Of a DNA stretch of 64,000 bases, positions 20,286-29,509 are shown piece by piece. This DNA is from Candidatus Norongarragalinales archaeon. Its GTDB lineage: Archaea > Micrarchaeota > Micrarchaeia > Norongarragalinales > Norongarragalinaceae. The position numbers were made by a program, and so were the translations under genes. Below the pieces are notes generated by a model. The model saw only the letters and a program-made list of their open reading frames with translations. It ran no database searches and was not told the origin of the DNA. The DNA is taken from the NCBI GenBank assembly GCA_038884755.1, contig JAWABJ010000001.1, forward strand, positions 448,001 through 512,000, in the 5' to 3' direction. Every line of letters starts with the position of its first letter. The stretch's first letter is position 1.

Positions 20286-20388
20286 CCCCTCTGTGGTGGG
20301 AAGACAGGAGAGCGCCTTGTGAAAGTGAGACCCCCTCCTTTGCACGGCGCCTCCTCGAATCCCTCTCTTGCATTCCAGGTTTTTTCTC

Positions 20389-21483
20389 ATGGCCTTCAAA
20401 GTTTTGAATGTCGTCGGCGCAAGGCCGAACTTTATGAAAATCGCGCCAATAATGCGCGAAATGCAAAAACGCCAGTCTTTCTTCAACCCGGTGCTCGTGC
20501 ACACGGGACAGCATTACGATTTTGAAATGAACAAGGTTTTTTTCGAGCAGCTCGGAATTCCCGAGCCCGACCATTTTCTCGGCGTAGGCTCGGCTTCGCA
20601 CGCGGCGCAGACGGCCAACATAATGCTGGGTTTCGAAAAAGTTTTGCTGGAAGAAAAGCCGGATTTGGTGCTGGTGGTGGGCGACGTGAATTCCACCCTC
20701 GCATGCGCGCTCGTCGCCGTGAAAGAACGCCATGCAGTCGCTCACGTGGAAGCGGGGTTGCGCAGCAACGACTGGCGCATGCCTGAAGAAATAAACAGGA
20801 TTTTGACAGACAAAATGTCAAAGTTTTTGTTCACTACTTCGAAAGACGCTGACGAAAACTTGAAGAACGAAGGCATTACTGAAGGAATCCACTTCGTCGG
20901 CAATACCATGATAGATTCGCTGAGGATTTTCGAAAGACAAGCTGAAAAAAACGAGAGCGAAAAGAAGTTCGGATTGGAGAAAGGAGAATTCGCTCTCGTA
21001 ACCCTCCATAGGCCGGAAAACGTGGACGACGCGAAATCGCTCGGGAAGGTTGTCAAAATGGTTTCGACTGCATCTTCCTTCACTAAAATCGTTTTCCCGG
21101 TGCACCCGCGTACTAAAAGCAAGCTCGAACAAACGGGTTTGAACGAAAAGCTTTCGGAAAAAGGAGTCGTTCTTGCCGAACCGCTCGGCTATCTCGAGTT
21201 TTTGAACTTGGAGGCGAAAGCGAAGTTCGTCTTGACGGACTCCGGCGGAATACAGGAGGAGACGACCGTGCTAGGCGTTCCTTGCTTTACCGCAAGGCGT
21301 AGCACCGAAAGGCCGGTAACGGTTTCGGAAGGGACGAACACCATAGTGGGTTTGGACGCGAAGCTTCTGAAAAGCGAGTTGGAAAAGCTTTACGCCGGAA
21401 GAGGAAAGAAGGGGAGGATTCCCGAAAAGTGGGACGGCAAAGCCGCCGAAAGAATCTGCGGGGTTTTACAAAAGGGTTTATAG
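20389..21483 (+). CDS. wecB: UDP-N-acetylglucosamine 2-epimerase (non-hydrolysing)
   Basis: GARPNFMK, HTGQHYD, HVEAGLRS, PEEINR, TDSGGIQEE. Confidence 0.93.
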   Translation: MAFKVLNVVGARPNFMKIAPIMREMQKRQSFFNPVLVHTGQHYDFEMNKVFFEQLGIPEPDHFLGVGSASHAAQTANIMLGFEKVLLEEKPDLVLVVGDVNSTLACALVAVKERHAVAHVEAGLRSNDWRMPEEINRILTDKMSKFLFTTSKDADENLKNEGITEGIHFVGNTMIDSLRIFERQAEKNESEKKFGLEKGEFALVTLHRPENVDDAKSLGKVVKMVSTASSFTKIVFPVHPRTKSKLEQTGLNEKLSEKGVVLAEPLGYLEFLNLEAKAKFVLTDSGGIQEETTVLGVPCFTARRSTERPVTVSEGTNTIVGLDAKLLKSELEKLYAGRGKKGRIPEKWDGKAAERICGVLQKGL

Positions 21484-21509
21484 TTTTTGCAATTCAAATC
21501 GTGATTGGG

Positions 21510-22448
21510 TTGGTTTCCGGACAAAGGATTTTGGTGACTGGCGGGGCGGGATTCATAGGCTCCAACCTAGCGAAAGCGTTGTCAGAAAAAAACACGGTTT
21601 ACATAGTGGACGATTTGAGCGAGGGGTTCAAGGAAAACATTCGCTCGCTTCCCGTCGCATTTTTCAAGAACGACATTCGCAACGAAAAATTCATGCGCAC
21701 TTTGTTCGAAAAACACAAGTTCAATTACGTCTTTCACCTTGCGGCGAGCTTCGCCAACCAAAAAAGCGTGGACGACCCCGTTTTGGATTTGGAAGTCAAC
21801 GGCGTAGCCACCCTGAAACTCCTGCAGTTGGCGAAAGAATTCGGAACAAAGAAATTCGTTTACTCCTCTTCGTCGTGCGTTTACGGCTCCACCGACGAAG
21901 CAATGAAAGAGGACTTCAAACCCAAGCCGGAAACTCCTTACGCAATCACCAAGCTTTTGGGCGAAGAGTACGCAAAGTTTTTCGCAGACTACCACAAGCT
22001 CGATGCTGTCAGCGTGCGTTACTTCAACGTTTTCGGGCCTAACGAATACCCCGGGCCCTACCGCAACGTAATCCCGAAATTTTTCGCGCTGGCGAGGCAG
22101 AAAAAACCGCTGGTGATTACCGGCACCGGAGACGAAACGCGCGATTTCACGTTCGTTGAAGACGCGGTAGAAGCGACAATCCTGGTGGCTGAAAAGGGAG
22201 AGACTGGCGAGGTTTACAACGTTGGAAGCGGCAGGGAAACCAAAATCATCGAACTCGCCAGAGAAATAAACGAAATCGCCGGCAACGCGGGCAACGTTCA
22301 AAAAACAGAACGCAGGGCTTGGGACCGCATTTCACGCCGCCTTGCGGACAATTCGAAAATCAAGGCGCTGGGGTGGAAGCCGAAAACGAGTTTGCGCGAG
22401 GGACTGGAAAAAACGTTCGCTTGGTTCAACGAAAGCGTGAGAGAGTGA
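21510..22448 (+). CDS. NAD-dependent epimerase/dehydratase (SDR)
   Basis: VTGGAGFIGS, SSSCVYG, YAITK, RYFNVFGP; start uncertain. Confidence 0.88.
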   Translation: MVSGQRILVTGGAGFIGSNLAKALSEKNTVYIVDDLSEGFKENIRSLPVAFFKNDIRNEKFMRTLFEKHKFNYVFHLAASFANQKSVDDPVLDLEVNGVATLKLLQLAKEFGTKKFVYSSSSCVYGSTDEAMKEDFKPKPETPYAITKLLGEEYAKFFADYHKLDAVSVRYFNVFGPNEYPGPYRNVIPKFFALARQKKPLVITGTGDETRDFTFVEDAVEATILVAEKGETGEVYNVGSGRETKIIELAREINEIAGNAGNVQKTERRAWDRISRRLADNSKIKALGWKPKTSLREGLEKTFAWFNESVRE

Positions 22449-22454
22449 TTTGTA

Positions 22455-22967
22455 ATGGCTGAATTTTTCGTGCATTCTACAGCCGAAGTGTCTCCCAAGG
22501 CGAAAATCGGAAAGGGCGCGAAAATATGGAATTACGCGCAAGTGCGCGAAGACGCGGAAATAGGCGAAAACTGCATAGTGGGAAAGAACGCGTACATAGA
22601 CTTCGGAGTTAAAATCGGAAAAAATTGCAAGATTCAAAATAATTGCAGCGTTTATCACGGTGCGGAAATTGAAGACGGAGTTTTTCTCGGTCCACACTGC
22701 ATCATTACTAACGACAAGCATCCGCGCGCTGTGAATCCAGACTTGAGTTTGAAAAGCGCGAGCGACTGGAAAGTTGAAAAAGTTTTGATTAAAAAAGGCG
22801 CCGCGCTCGGCGCCGGAACCATAGTCCTTCCGGGCGTTACGGTCGGCGAGTGGGCGATGATAGGCTCGGGAAGCGTAGTGACGAAAGACATTCCTGACTT
22901 CACCCTGGCTTACGGAAACCCCGCGCGCGCGACAGGGAAAGTGAACAAGCAAGGGCTGAAAGTTTGA
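22455..22967 (+). CDS. Hexapeptide-repeat sugar N-acetyltransferase (WbpD-like)
   Basis: Left-handed beta-helix repeats, KIQNN, TND.HPR, GNPAR. Confidence 0.88.
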   Translation: MAEFFVHSTAEVSPKAKIGKGAKIWNYAQVREDAEIGENCIVGKNAYIDFGVKIGKNCKIQNNCSVYHGAEIEDGVFLGPHCIITNDKHPRAVNPDLSLKSASDWKVEKVLIKKGAALGAGTIVLPGVTVGEWAMIGSGSVVTKDIPDFTLAYGNPARATGKVNKQGLKV

Positions 22968-22971
22968 GGCA

Positions 22972-24066
22972 ATGAAAATGATTTCAATCGCAAAACCTCT
23001 CGTCTCAAGCGAAGAAATCGAAGCGGCGAAACGCGCGTTGGAAAGCGGAATGCTCACTGGGGGGCCGCTCGTCGAAGAATTCGAAAAGAAACTCGCCGAG
23101 TATTGCAATTACAAGCACGCGATTGCAGTCAACAGCGGAACCGCCGCGTTGCACGTGGCGGCAGCCGCTTTGGGAATAAAGCAAGGCGACTGCATCATCA
23201 CCCCCGACTTTACGTTCATTGCCACCGCCAACACGGCGCGTTATCTCAACGCAACGCCGTTGTTTGCGGACGTTGATTCCAAAACGTTCAACATCGACGC
23301 GCGAAGCTTGAACGAGGTTGCCAAGAAAAACAAGAACGTTAAAGCAATCATTCCCGTTTCACTGTACGGACAAGCGTATGCAGTAGACGAAGTAAAGGAG
23401 GTTGCAGAAAAATTCTCTTTGAAGATAATTAGCGACAACGCCCAGGCGATCGGAACCGAGTGGAATGGTAACAGGAATTTCGGGGACCATTGTGCGGTTC
23501 TTTCTTTTTATCCTACGAAAAACATTACGACTTGCGAAGGGGGGGCGGTGCTCACGGACGACCCGGCAATCGCGGAAGAATGCAGGCTTTGGCGAAACAT
23601 CGGACAGCGCAAGCCCTACGATTATGTGCATTTGGGCTACAACTTTCGCTTGAACGCGGTGAGCGCGGCGATCGGAATAGAACAGCTGAAAAAACTCGAC
23701 GCGATTACTGAAAAGCGCAGGGCAAACGCGAGAGTGATGAACGAGCTTTTGCAAGGAGTTGAAGGCGTGGAAACGCCTTTCGAGCACGCGAACGCAAAGC
23801 ACGTTTACAACCAGTACACCATACGCGTGAAAGGCGGAAAGCGCGACGCGCTGAAAGAGTTTCTCGCCAAAAGCCAAGTGGGCAGCGCGGTATACTACCC
23901 CACGCCTTTGAGCGGGCTGGAAACGTTCAAGCAATACTCGCAAGGCGTTGACAATAAAGTTGCGGCTGAATTAAGCGGGCAAGTGCTATCCCTGCCAATC
24001 CATCCGGGCGTTTCCGAAGAAAACTTGAAGTTTATCGCTGCTAAAATCAAGGAGTTTTTAAGATGA
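22972..24066 (+). CDS. DegT-family aminotransferase (WbpE-like)
   Basis: NSGTAALH, DNAQA, SFYPTKN.T.EGG, GYNFRL. Confidence 0.9.
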   Translation: MKMISIAKPLVSSEEIEAAKRALESGMLTGGPLVEEFEKKLAEYCNYKHAIAVNSGTAALHVAAAALGIKQGDCIITPDFTFIATANTARYLNATPLFADVDSKTFNIDARSLNEVAKKNKNVKAIIPVSLYGQAYAVDEVKEVAEKFSLKIISDNAQAIGTEWNGNRNFGDHCAVLSFYPTKNITTCEGGAVLTDDPAIAEECRLWRNIGQRKPYDYVHLGYNFRLNAVSAAIGIEQLKKLDAITEKRRANARVMNELLQGVEGVETPFEHANAKHVYNQYTIRVKGGKRDALKEFLAKSQVGSAVYYPTPLSGLETFKQYSQGVDNKVAAELSGQVLSLPIHPGVSEENLKFIAAKIKEFLR

Positions 24067-24082
24067 GAGGACGAAAGGGGAA

Positions 24083-25066
24083 ATGAAGGTTTTGGTGATT
24101 GGCAACGGCGCCATGGGGCGCAACCACGTTCGCGTGTACAGCGAAAACCACAGGGTAGACCAAGTTATAGTGTACGACACTTTGCCAGAGTCGTTGGAAA
24201 GCGTGAGGAAAGTCCAGAAAACAAGGGCGTTTTCCGACTTGGGGAAAGCGCTGGCGGAAAAACCCGACTGCGCGGTTGTGGCGGTTCCAACCAAATACCA
24301 TTACGAGATAGCCTTGAAGGTTTTGGACGCGAAAATTCCTTTGCTCGTCGAAAAACCCATTACTGAAAGCTTGGATGAAGGCAAGAAGCTGGTTGAAAAG
24401 GCAGAAAGGCAGAACGCGCTTTTGCTGGCGGGGCACATAGAACGCTTCAACCCCGCGGTTCAGGCGTTGAAACGCAACTTGCATTTGATAGGCGAATTGT
24501 TTTACGCGTCCGCCCACCGCTTCGGCGTGCCTACGCAGCGCGACGTCGGAGACTCGTTCCTCGACCAGGCGGTGCACGACATCGACGTTATTTCCTTCCT
24601 GTACGGCAAGCCGCCGAAGGAAGTTTCCGCAATCGAAAGGAAAATCGTCGACGCTAAAAGCAACGACTTGTGCAGCGCGTTGTTCGAGTTCGACGGGTTC
24701 ACTGCGACGGTCGAAGCGAATCGCGTCACGCCAATCAAAAACCGCGACTTGATTTTACTCGGAACGAAAGGCGCGGCGAAGCTCGACTACATCACGCAGG
24801 ACCTGACGATTTTCATGTCGGACAACCTCGACACTAAATTCAGTTCTTTCGACGAAATAGTCTTGCGCGTGGGAAGGGGGACGGAAGTAAAGCCGTATTT
24901 CGTGAAAGACGAGCCTCTGCGCGTCGAGGCGAACCACTTTTTGGACTGTGTGGAAGGCAAGGCAAAGCCTATGATTTCCGGGCGCGAAGCGCTTTATGCC
25001 GTCGCAGCTGCGCAAGCGGGGCAAAAGTCTGCGAAAGAAGGGAAGAAAGAAAAAATCAGCGTTTGA
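24083..25066 (+). CDS. Gfo/Idh/MocA dehydrogenase (WbpB-like)
   Basis: GNGAMG.NH, LVEKP, GHIERFNPA, HDID. Confidence 0.88.
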   Translation: MKVLVIGNGAMGRNHVRVYSENHRVDQVIVYDTLPESLESVRKVQKTRAFSDLGKALAEKPDCAVVAVPTKYHYEIALKVLDAKIPLLVEKPITESLDEGKKLVEKAERQNALLLAGHIERFNPAVQALKRNLHLIGELFYASAHRFGVPTQRDVGDSFLDQAVHDIDVISFLYGKPPKEVSAIERKIVDAKSNDLCSALFEFDGFTATVEANRVTPIKNRDLILLGTKGAAKLDYITQDLTIFMSDNLDTKFSSFDEIVLRVGRGTEVKPYFVKDEPLRVEANHFLDCVEGKAKPMISGREALYAVAAAQAGQKSAKEGKKEKISV

Positions 25067-25979
25067 CTTTCACGCTTTTCTTCGCCGCGTTTTTCCGAAC
25101 GAAAAACCACCCGCCTACTGCCGAGTCTGCAAGCAAATCAACAAAACGAATCAACAGCATTGCGCCCGCCGCTTGCGGAACGGTGAAAGCCAGAAATGCA
25201 GTGAAAAGCAGTATTCCACCTCCTTCCTGCAGCCCGAATCCGGAAATCGACAGTGGAACGAACGACAGTGCGGTTAGCAAAGCGCTTGTCACTACCAGTT
25301 CTGCTATCCCCGCGTTCAGGCCTACCGCGTTCAGCACGAAAAGCCACTCCAAGCCCCTCAAAACCGCGCCTATTGCACTCAAGCCTATGGAAGAAAGCAA
25401 TTGCGCCAAGGAAGTTTTCTGCTTGAAAACCGCGTCATAAGCGCCTTCAAGCTTTTTCCCGTAGAAAGGCAGTTTGGAAATGGCTTCGGCGAAAAAGTCG
25501 ATGCGGTAGAAAAGCAAAGCCATCGCGATTGCTGAAGCTCCCAACACTAGCAAGCCCACCTGCCCGAAGTCTTGCGAAAAGAGGAAAACAGCTGCCAGCG
25601 CGAGCAGCCCGCGCACTACGAAGTCGGAGGCGAGCGAAACGCCCAAAACTTTCGCGGCCCTCCCGCCTTTCAAGCCTTTCTTGCGCATGTCGAAAATGAA
25701 GAAAGAATATCCGATTCTGCCAGGAGTCGCGTCGCTAGCCAGCATTGCTTTCATGTGGGAAGAAAACACCGAAAGGAAGGCGAAGGAAGGCAAAAGCATC
25801 TTGTACCTCATGCCTTGCAAAACGTGCGCCGCAAGGTACGAGACTATTGCCGCAAGCAGGTAGTACGGGTTTGAAGAGGACAACTGCGAAAGCAGGGAGT
25901 TGAAGTCGAAAGAGTAAAGGAGCAAAGCCAGGAAAACCGCGGCAATCACGAAGTTTGCGATTACGAAAACGTTCTTCAT
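25056..25979 (-). CDS. Flippase-like membrane protein (lysylphosphatidylglycerol synthase TM/UPF0104 family)
   Basis: Multi-TM protein; TPGRIG and P.SISGFGLQEGG motifs. Confidence 0.75.
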   Translation of the reverse strand: MKNVFVIANFVIAAVFLALLLYSFDFNSLLSQLSSSNPYYLLAAIVSYLAAHVLQGMRYKMLLPSFAFLSVFSSHMKAMLASDATPGRIGYSFFIFDMRKKGLKGGRAAKVLGVSLASDFVVRGLLALAAVFLFSQDFGQVGLLVLGASAIAMALLFYRIDFFAEAISKLPFYGKKLEGAYDAVFKQKTSLAQLLSSIGLSAIGAVLRGLEWLFVLNAVGLNAGIAELVVTSALLTALSFVPLSISGFGLQEGGGILLFTAFLAFTVPQAAGAMLLIRFVDLLADSAVGGWFFVRKNAAKKSVKVKR

Positions 25980-26072
25980 CCCCCCACGACCAAACCCCGC
26001 TCTTTCATCCGCGTTTCGTTACTTGATTTTTCTTTTCTTTCTTTAACTTAATTTTTCTTTCTTTCGTTAACG

Positions 26073-26102
26073 TTTCTTTCTTTTTCGCAAAAAAGAAAGA
26101 AA
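26073..26102 (-). terminator. AT-rich palindrome/T-tract downstream of tRNA-Ala
   Basis: TTTCTTTCTTTT..AAAAGAAAGAAA inverted repeat; on the minus strand a T-tract directly follows the tRNA. Confidence 0.45.
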
Positions 26103-26108
26103 GGTTAG

Positions 26109-26180
26109 TGGACTCGGCGGGATTTGAACCCGCGGCCTCATCGTTGCGAACGATGCGATCTACCGCTGATCTACGAGCCC
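26109..26180 (-). tRNA. tRNA-Ala(CGC), CCA not encoded
   Basis: Reverse complement GGGCTCG..CATCG TT CGC AA CGATG..GGTTCAAATCC..CGAGTCC A; G3:U70 Ala determinant. Confidence 0.95.
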
Positions 26181-26265
26181 AACTTGAGAAAGCTCGTGCT
26201 GAACACTCGCAGCCAAGCTAAAGTTCCGAAAAAGAATTTGCAGGCTACACGTTCTTAAACAATGC

Positions 26266-26934
26266 TCAAACCTTGATTTTCTGGTAGTCGTCTATCTCCT
26301 TTTGCGATATGGAACAACCGGCGTAGCGTAACGCGTATATGGAAGAGTGGAAAACCTCGTTTTCGTCCGGCGCGTAGGACTCGAAAAACCCGTTTTGCGC
26401 TGCGAAAGCAACGAGTTCAGTCGAGCGCATGGCTGGAAACGCGAAGCGTTTTTGAAAATAGCTTAAGGTTTTTTCGTTCGTCTTCGTTTCCCCGTGCTCC
26501 GCTTGCATGAGGAAAAAAAGTTTTTTCGCGTCTTCTATGAGCAGGCGCGTAGTTTTTTCGTCGATGAGCAACGCCTTCGCCTGCAACGGCGAAAGCAGAG
26601 CAAGGCATTGCGCCTCGCCTTGCTGGATTATTTTCAACGGCTTTTCGGCGTAGAAAAGCGAATTCGCTGCATCCATTATTTTTTCGGCGTCGGAATAAAC
26701 CGAGGCGTTTGAGGCTACGCGCACCGTGCCTTGGTTGAGCAAGTGGTTTATTCGCGCTGCGGAATAGGAATACCTTCCGACTTTCCTGGGCCTTTCAACT
26801 ATTTCCGCCTGCACCGCCGGGGGGATTACGAAATCAACGCCGAACTTGTCTTGCAGAAATGAAAGAACTCCGAGAGTGCAGGTTTCCGCTAGGGAAATCA
26901 GGCTGCTGCTGTCGCAGACAAGGGTTTTGCGCAT
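26266..26934 (-). CDS. Hypothetical protein, PIN-like fold
   Basis: LVCDSSSLI, GEAQC, LLIDEK acidic pattern. Confidence 0.6.
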   Translation of the reverse strand: MRKTLVCDSSSLISLAETCTLGVLSFLQDKFGVDFVIPPAVQAEIVERPRKVGRYSYSAARINHLLNQGTVRVASNASVYSDAEKIMDAANSLFYAEKPLKIIQQGEAQCLALLSPLQAKALLIDEKTTRLLIEDAKKLFFLMQAEHGETKTNEKTLSYFQKRFAFPAMRSTELVAFAAQNGFFESYAPDENEVFHSSIYALRYAGCSISQKEIDDYQKIKV

Positions 26935-26940
26935 TGGAAA

Positions 26941-27483
26941 TCACGAGAATATTTTTTTCGCGTCTTGCATTCTTTGCGCGACGCTCTTGGTAACGTACTT
27001 TTCGGGCATTTTGGTCGCCGAAATGTACGAGGAAAGCTCTTTCTTGTCAGCGCCGCTGAGTTCCGCCGCGGTTCCGAGCGAAGCACCGCGCGCGTAAATC
27101 TCCGCGCCCGCCTTGAGCTTCGCCTTTTCGATTATCCCGAAAACGAAACGGCCCAAGTCAGCTCCCAGTCCTTCGATGAGAGAAAGGCTTTTTCCCAGGC
27201 GGTCGAAAGCCTGTTCCTGTTTTCCCGAGCTCCAGTCTTGCAGGGATTTGTCCAAAACCGCGATCAAGCTTTTCCTGAACGAAGCCCAAGAGGGGTCGGC
27301 TAGAATGTAAGGCTTTTCCAAAAACTTGGCGCAGCAATATGCCACTATGCTCAACCGAACGTTTTCCTTCTCATAGTGGATGAAAGCGTCGCCTGCAAAC
27401 TCTTCGCTCAACCTTTTAAGCTCGGGAATGTTGCCCTTTTCGAAAGCGTTGCGCAACGAAAGCAAATGCTGCTTGAAATCCAT
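26941..27483 (-). CDS. Hypothetical helical protein, co-transcribed with the PIN-like gene
   Basis: 180-aa ORF 6 bp upstream of the previous gene; GASLG.AAEL.G HTH-like C-terminus. Confidence 0.6.
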   Translation of the reverse strand: MDFKQHLLSLRNAFEKGNIPELKRLSEEFAGDAFIHYEKENVRLSIVAYCCAKFLEKPYILADPSWASFRKSLIAVLDKSLQDWSSGKQEQAFDRLGKSLSLIEGLGADLGRFVFGIIEKAKLKAGAEIYARGASLGTAAELSGADKKELSSYISATKMPEKYVTKSVAQRMQDAKKIFS

Positions 27484-27554
27484 GGGTTCTTAAGTGGTTG
27501 CGGGAATAAAAAAGAATCGAGAACAGGACTAAAAAAAACGATTATCGGAATATG

Positions 27555-27605
27555 CTTTGAACATAAATTGACTTTTGCACTTAAAATGGGCTTACTGCAC
27601 ACAAA
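27555..27605 (+). repeat. Left-end subterminal repeats (3 copies of TG(C/A)AC core)
   Basis: TTTGAACATAAA, TTTGCACTTAAA, CTGCACACAAA with cores at 27558, 27576, 27596. Confidence 0.7.
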
Positions 27606-27658
27606 TACGACAAACGACGAAAGAATCCAGTGGAAGGCCTGAAAATCTCTCAAAAGTC

Positions 27659-27907
27659 TTATTTTTGGCCTCTTCCGAATAGGTAGCCAATAAGTGAGGC
27701 AATAACCCATCCGTTTGTTTCCATTGTCAACTTTTCTTGCCAGTTGAGTATAAGCACGGTTGCCAACACTGCAAACACGATTATAGTGGTCATTTTGGCA
27801 TTCTGCTTAGATAGGTCGTACCAGCGGTCAGCCACCATTCGAGCAAACTTATTCTTGTCAAGCTCACGTAAAACGTCAGTAAGACGTTCATCATCAGTTT
27901 TTGCCAT
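27659..27907 (-). CDS. Small two-TM membrane protein (cargo)
   Basis: 82 aa; two hydrophobic helices ending IASLIGYLFG. Confidence 0.6.
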   Translation of the reverse strand: MAKTDDERLTDVLRELDKNKFARMVADRWYDLSKQNAKMTTIIVFAVLATVLILNWQEKLTMETNGWVIASLIGYLFGRGQK

Positions 27908-27915
27908 AAACTTAC

Positions 27916-28215
27916 CTACCCTATTTCTTTTCTCAGCTTTTCAACCTGATTTTCAAAGAGATATGTGGTTTTATCAGTTCTATCGTAGCTACTTGCAGTT
28001 GTAACGGTTCCTTCATCATCTAAGTCAAAAAAGAGCGTGTAATGTTTATCCCCCTTGTTCTCATGGAGAAAATCCAAAAGATTTTCCCTTTTTATTAGGA
28101 AGAACACGTCTTTCCAGACGCTTTTCCGTTTTGGATGCAAGATTTCTTTTGGAATCGGGATGGTTGCATGAATCATAACCCAATCGGTATTTAGGTCTTC
28201 AACTTCCTTTCTCAA
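27916..28215 (-). CDS. Hypothetical protein (cargo); start uncertain, possibly a frameshifted continuation of the upstream gene
   Basis: Open frame to stop at 27916; TTG 28215 overlaps the end of the upstream ORF. Confidence 0.45.
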   Translation of the reverse strand: MRKEVEDLNTDWVMIHATIPIPKEILHPKRKSVWKDVFFLIKRENLLDFLHENKGDKHYTLFFDLDDEGTVTTASSYDRTDKTTYLFENQVEKLRKEIG

Positions 28216-28669
28216 AATCAGAATCAAGCGTAGTTTGTTCTTTTCCTTTCTTGATTTTTTCCAATACGTTTTCAGAGCGTTTTTCCCTAACAAAATCGAT
28301 TAACTTGGGTTTTACTATCCCAATAGAAACATCTGTGTCTTTTACTTTCTTAGCTAATTCTGAATAGGTCGTCATATGCGGTTGTAAGAGTTGTTTGATT
28401 TTAGTCCAACTTTCTTCTTGAAGGCACGCGATAGTGTCTTCTTTTATTTTCATGCTTTCAATTCGCTTGTCTTCAGGCTTTTTTCCTATTATTTCATATT
28501 CAATCCAGCTTTTTTTCTTAAAGCCGTTATTCCAAAAATGTTCCCAGCTTACCGGGTAAATGCGCCGTAACTCTCCAGCGTCAGTAATTCCCGCTATGCA
28601 AACGAGATGTTTGTATTTGCTGCTGGTTACGGGATAGGCTTTAGCGAGAACCAATAGCTTTTCGTTCAT
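28199..28669 (-). CDS. DUF488-associated protein (OB-fold-like), apparently C-terminally short
   Basis: LAKAYP..S.KY..LVCIAGI...RIYP..W.E..DKRIES..S.GIVKP pattern recalled from DUF488 neighbours; ATGA overlap with the DUF488 gene. Confidence 0.6.
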   Translation of the reverse strand: MNEKLLVLAKAYPVTSSKYKHLVCIAGITDAGELRRIYPVSWEHFWNNGFKKKSWIEYEIIGKKPEDKRIESMKIKEDTIACLQEESWTKIKQLLQPHMTTYSELAKKVKDTDVSIGIVKPKLIDFVREKRSENVLEKIKKGKEQTTLDSDFEKGS

Positions 28670-29433
28670 AAATCGACAACCTTGAAACCGTTTTCAACAA
28701 GCTTTTCTTTGATAATGCTTCGGTGGCATTTTTCCACGTCTTTTTCGAAGCACATTATCGCAGTTTTTCTTATGTTGGATACCGCACCTAAATCTTGGAT
28801 TTCCGCTATGACGTCTTCATCATTAATGTGTTTCCGATATTCTCCAAAAAAATGTGTGTAATCCCAATCCTCGTGCAGTTTATCCCGAAGGGCTTTTGGA
28901 GAACCGAGAGAGGGAAAGTGTTTATAGCGTATTCCCGCTTGTTTCAAGCGAGCTTCTAAAATTCCTTTTGAAAAACCGTTTTTCCTGCTGAAAGCAAGTT
29001 GCCTAACGTCCGTTAATTGCTTTATGCCGTTTTCTTTTAGTTTTTCGATAAACTGGTCGATGTTTAGCCCTTCATAGCCTATCGTGAAAATCGTCTTGTT
29101 TTCTAAAGTCCAGATTATCGAGTTGTCCACTTTAAACCGCTTCAAACCAATTTCGTGTTCTAACTGCCTTACCCACTTGTTGTTAGGCAGTTTTTCAGGA
29201 AAGTTTAACTTTTCCTTGATTTCAGACCAAGTTAGGCCGTCAGGATGTCTTTCTAATAGTTGCTGGATTGACGTTTTGAACTCAGAAAACAAGGGCTTAA
29301 CGCCCCTTGTTCTTGGCTTATCCCAGTAAGGCGAATGACACTTTGGGCATACTCTTGGTGTTGCTTCTTTTCGGTTTATCCATTCATGACCGCAACGCTC
29401 GCACTTATAGCCTTCGAGCGTAATTTTACCCAT
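28666..29433 (-). CDS. Zn-ribbon + wHTH-like + DUF488 fusion protein
   Basis: CERCGHEW..CPKCHSPYW; LLERHPDGLTWSEIKEKL; IFTIGYEG, DVR..SRK.GFS, LG.P, MCFE....CHR. Confidence 0.82.
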   Translation of the reverse strand: MGKITLEGYKCERCGHEWINRKEATPRVCPKCHSPYWDKPRTRGVKPLFSEFKTSIQQLLERHPDGLTWSEIKEKLNFPEKLPNNKWVRQLEHEIGLKRFKVDNSIIWTLENKTIFTIGYEGLNIDQFIEKLKENGIKQLTDVRQLAFSRKNGFSKGILEARLKQAGIRYKHFPSLGSPKALRDKLHEDWDYTHFFGEYRKHINDEDVIAEIQDLGAVSNIRKTAIMCFEKDVEKCHRSIIKEKLVENGFKVVDL

Positions 29434-29441
29434 AATAATTG

Positions 29442-29505
29442 ATTAATAGTAACACTTAAATACCTTTACGGGCATATGTTACTAATAATAACATATTAGT
29501 AGTAA
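29442..29505. promoter_or_regulatory. Divergent promoter region with three TTACTA(N)TAAT boxes
   Basis: ATTAATAGTAACA (29442-29454, reverse), TGTTACTAATAAT (29477-29489), TATTAGTAGTAA (29494-29505, reverse). Confidence 0.6.
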
Positions 29506-29509
29506 AGAG

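Noticed and set aside
28060..28201. TGA readthrough (selenocysteine or recoding) of the DUF488 partner
   Set aside because: The readthrough frame closes after about 45 codons with no recognisable motif, and TGA is a normal stop throughout the window.
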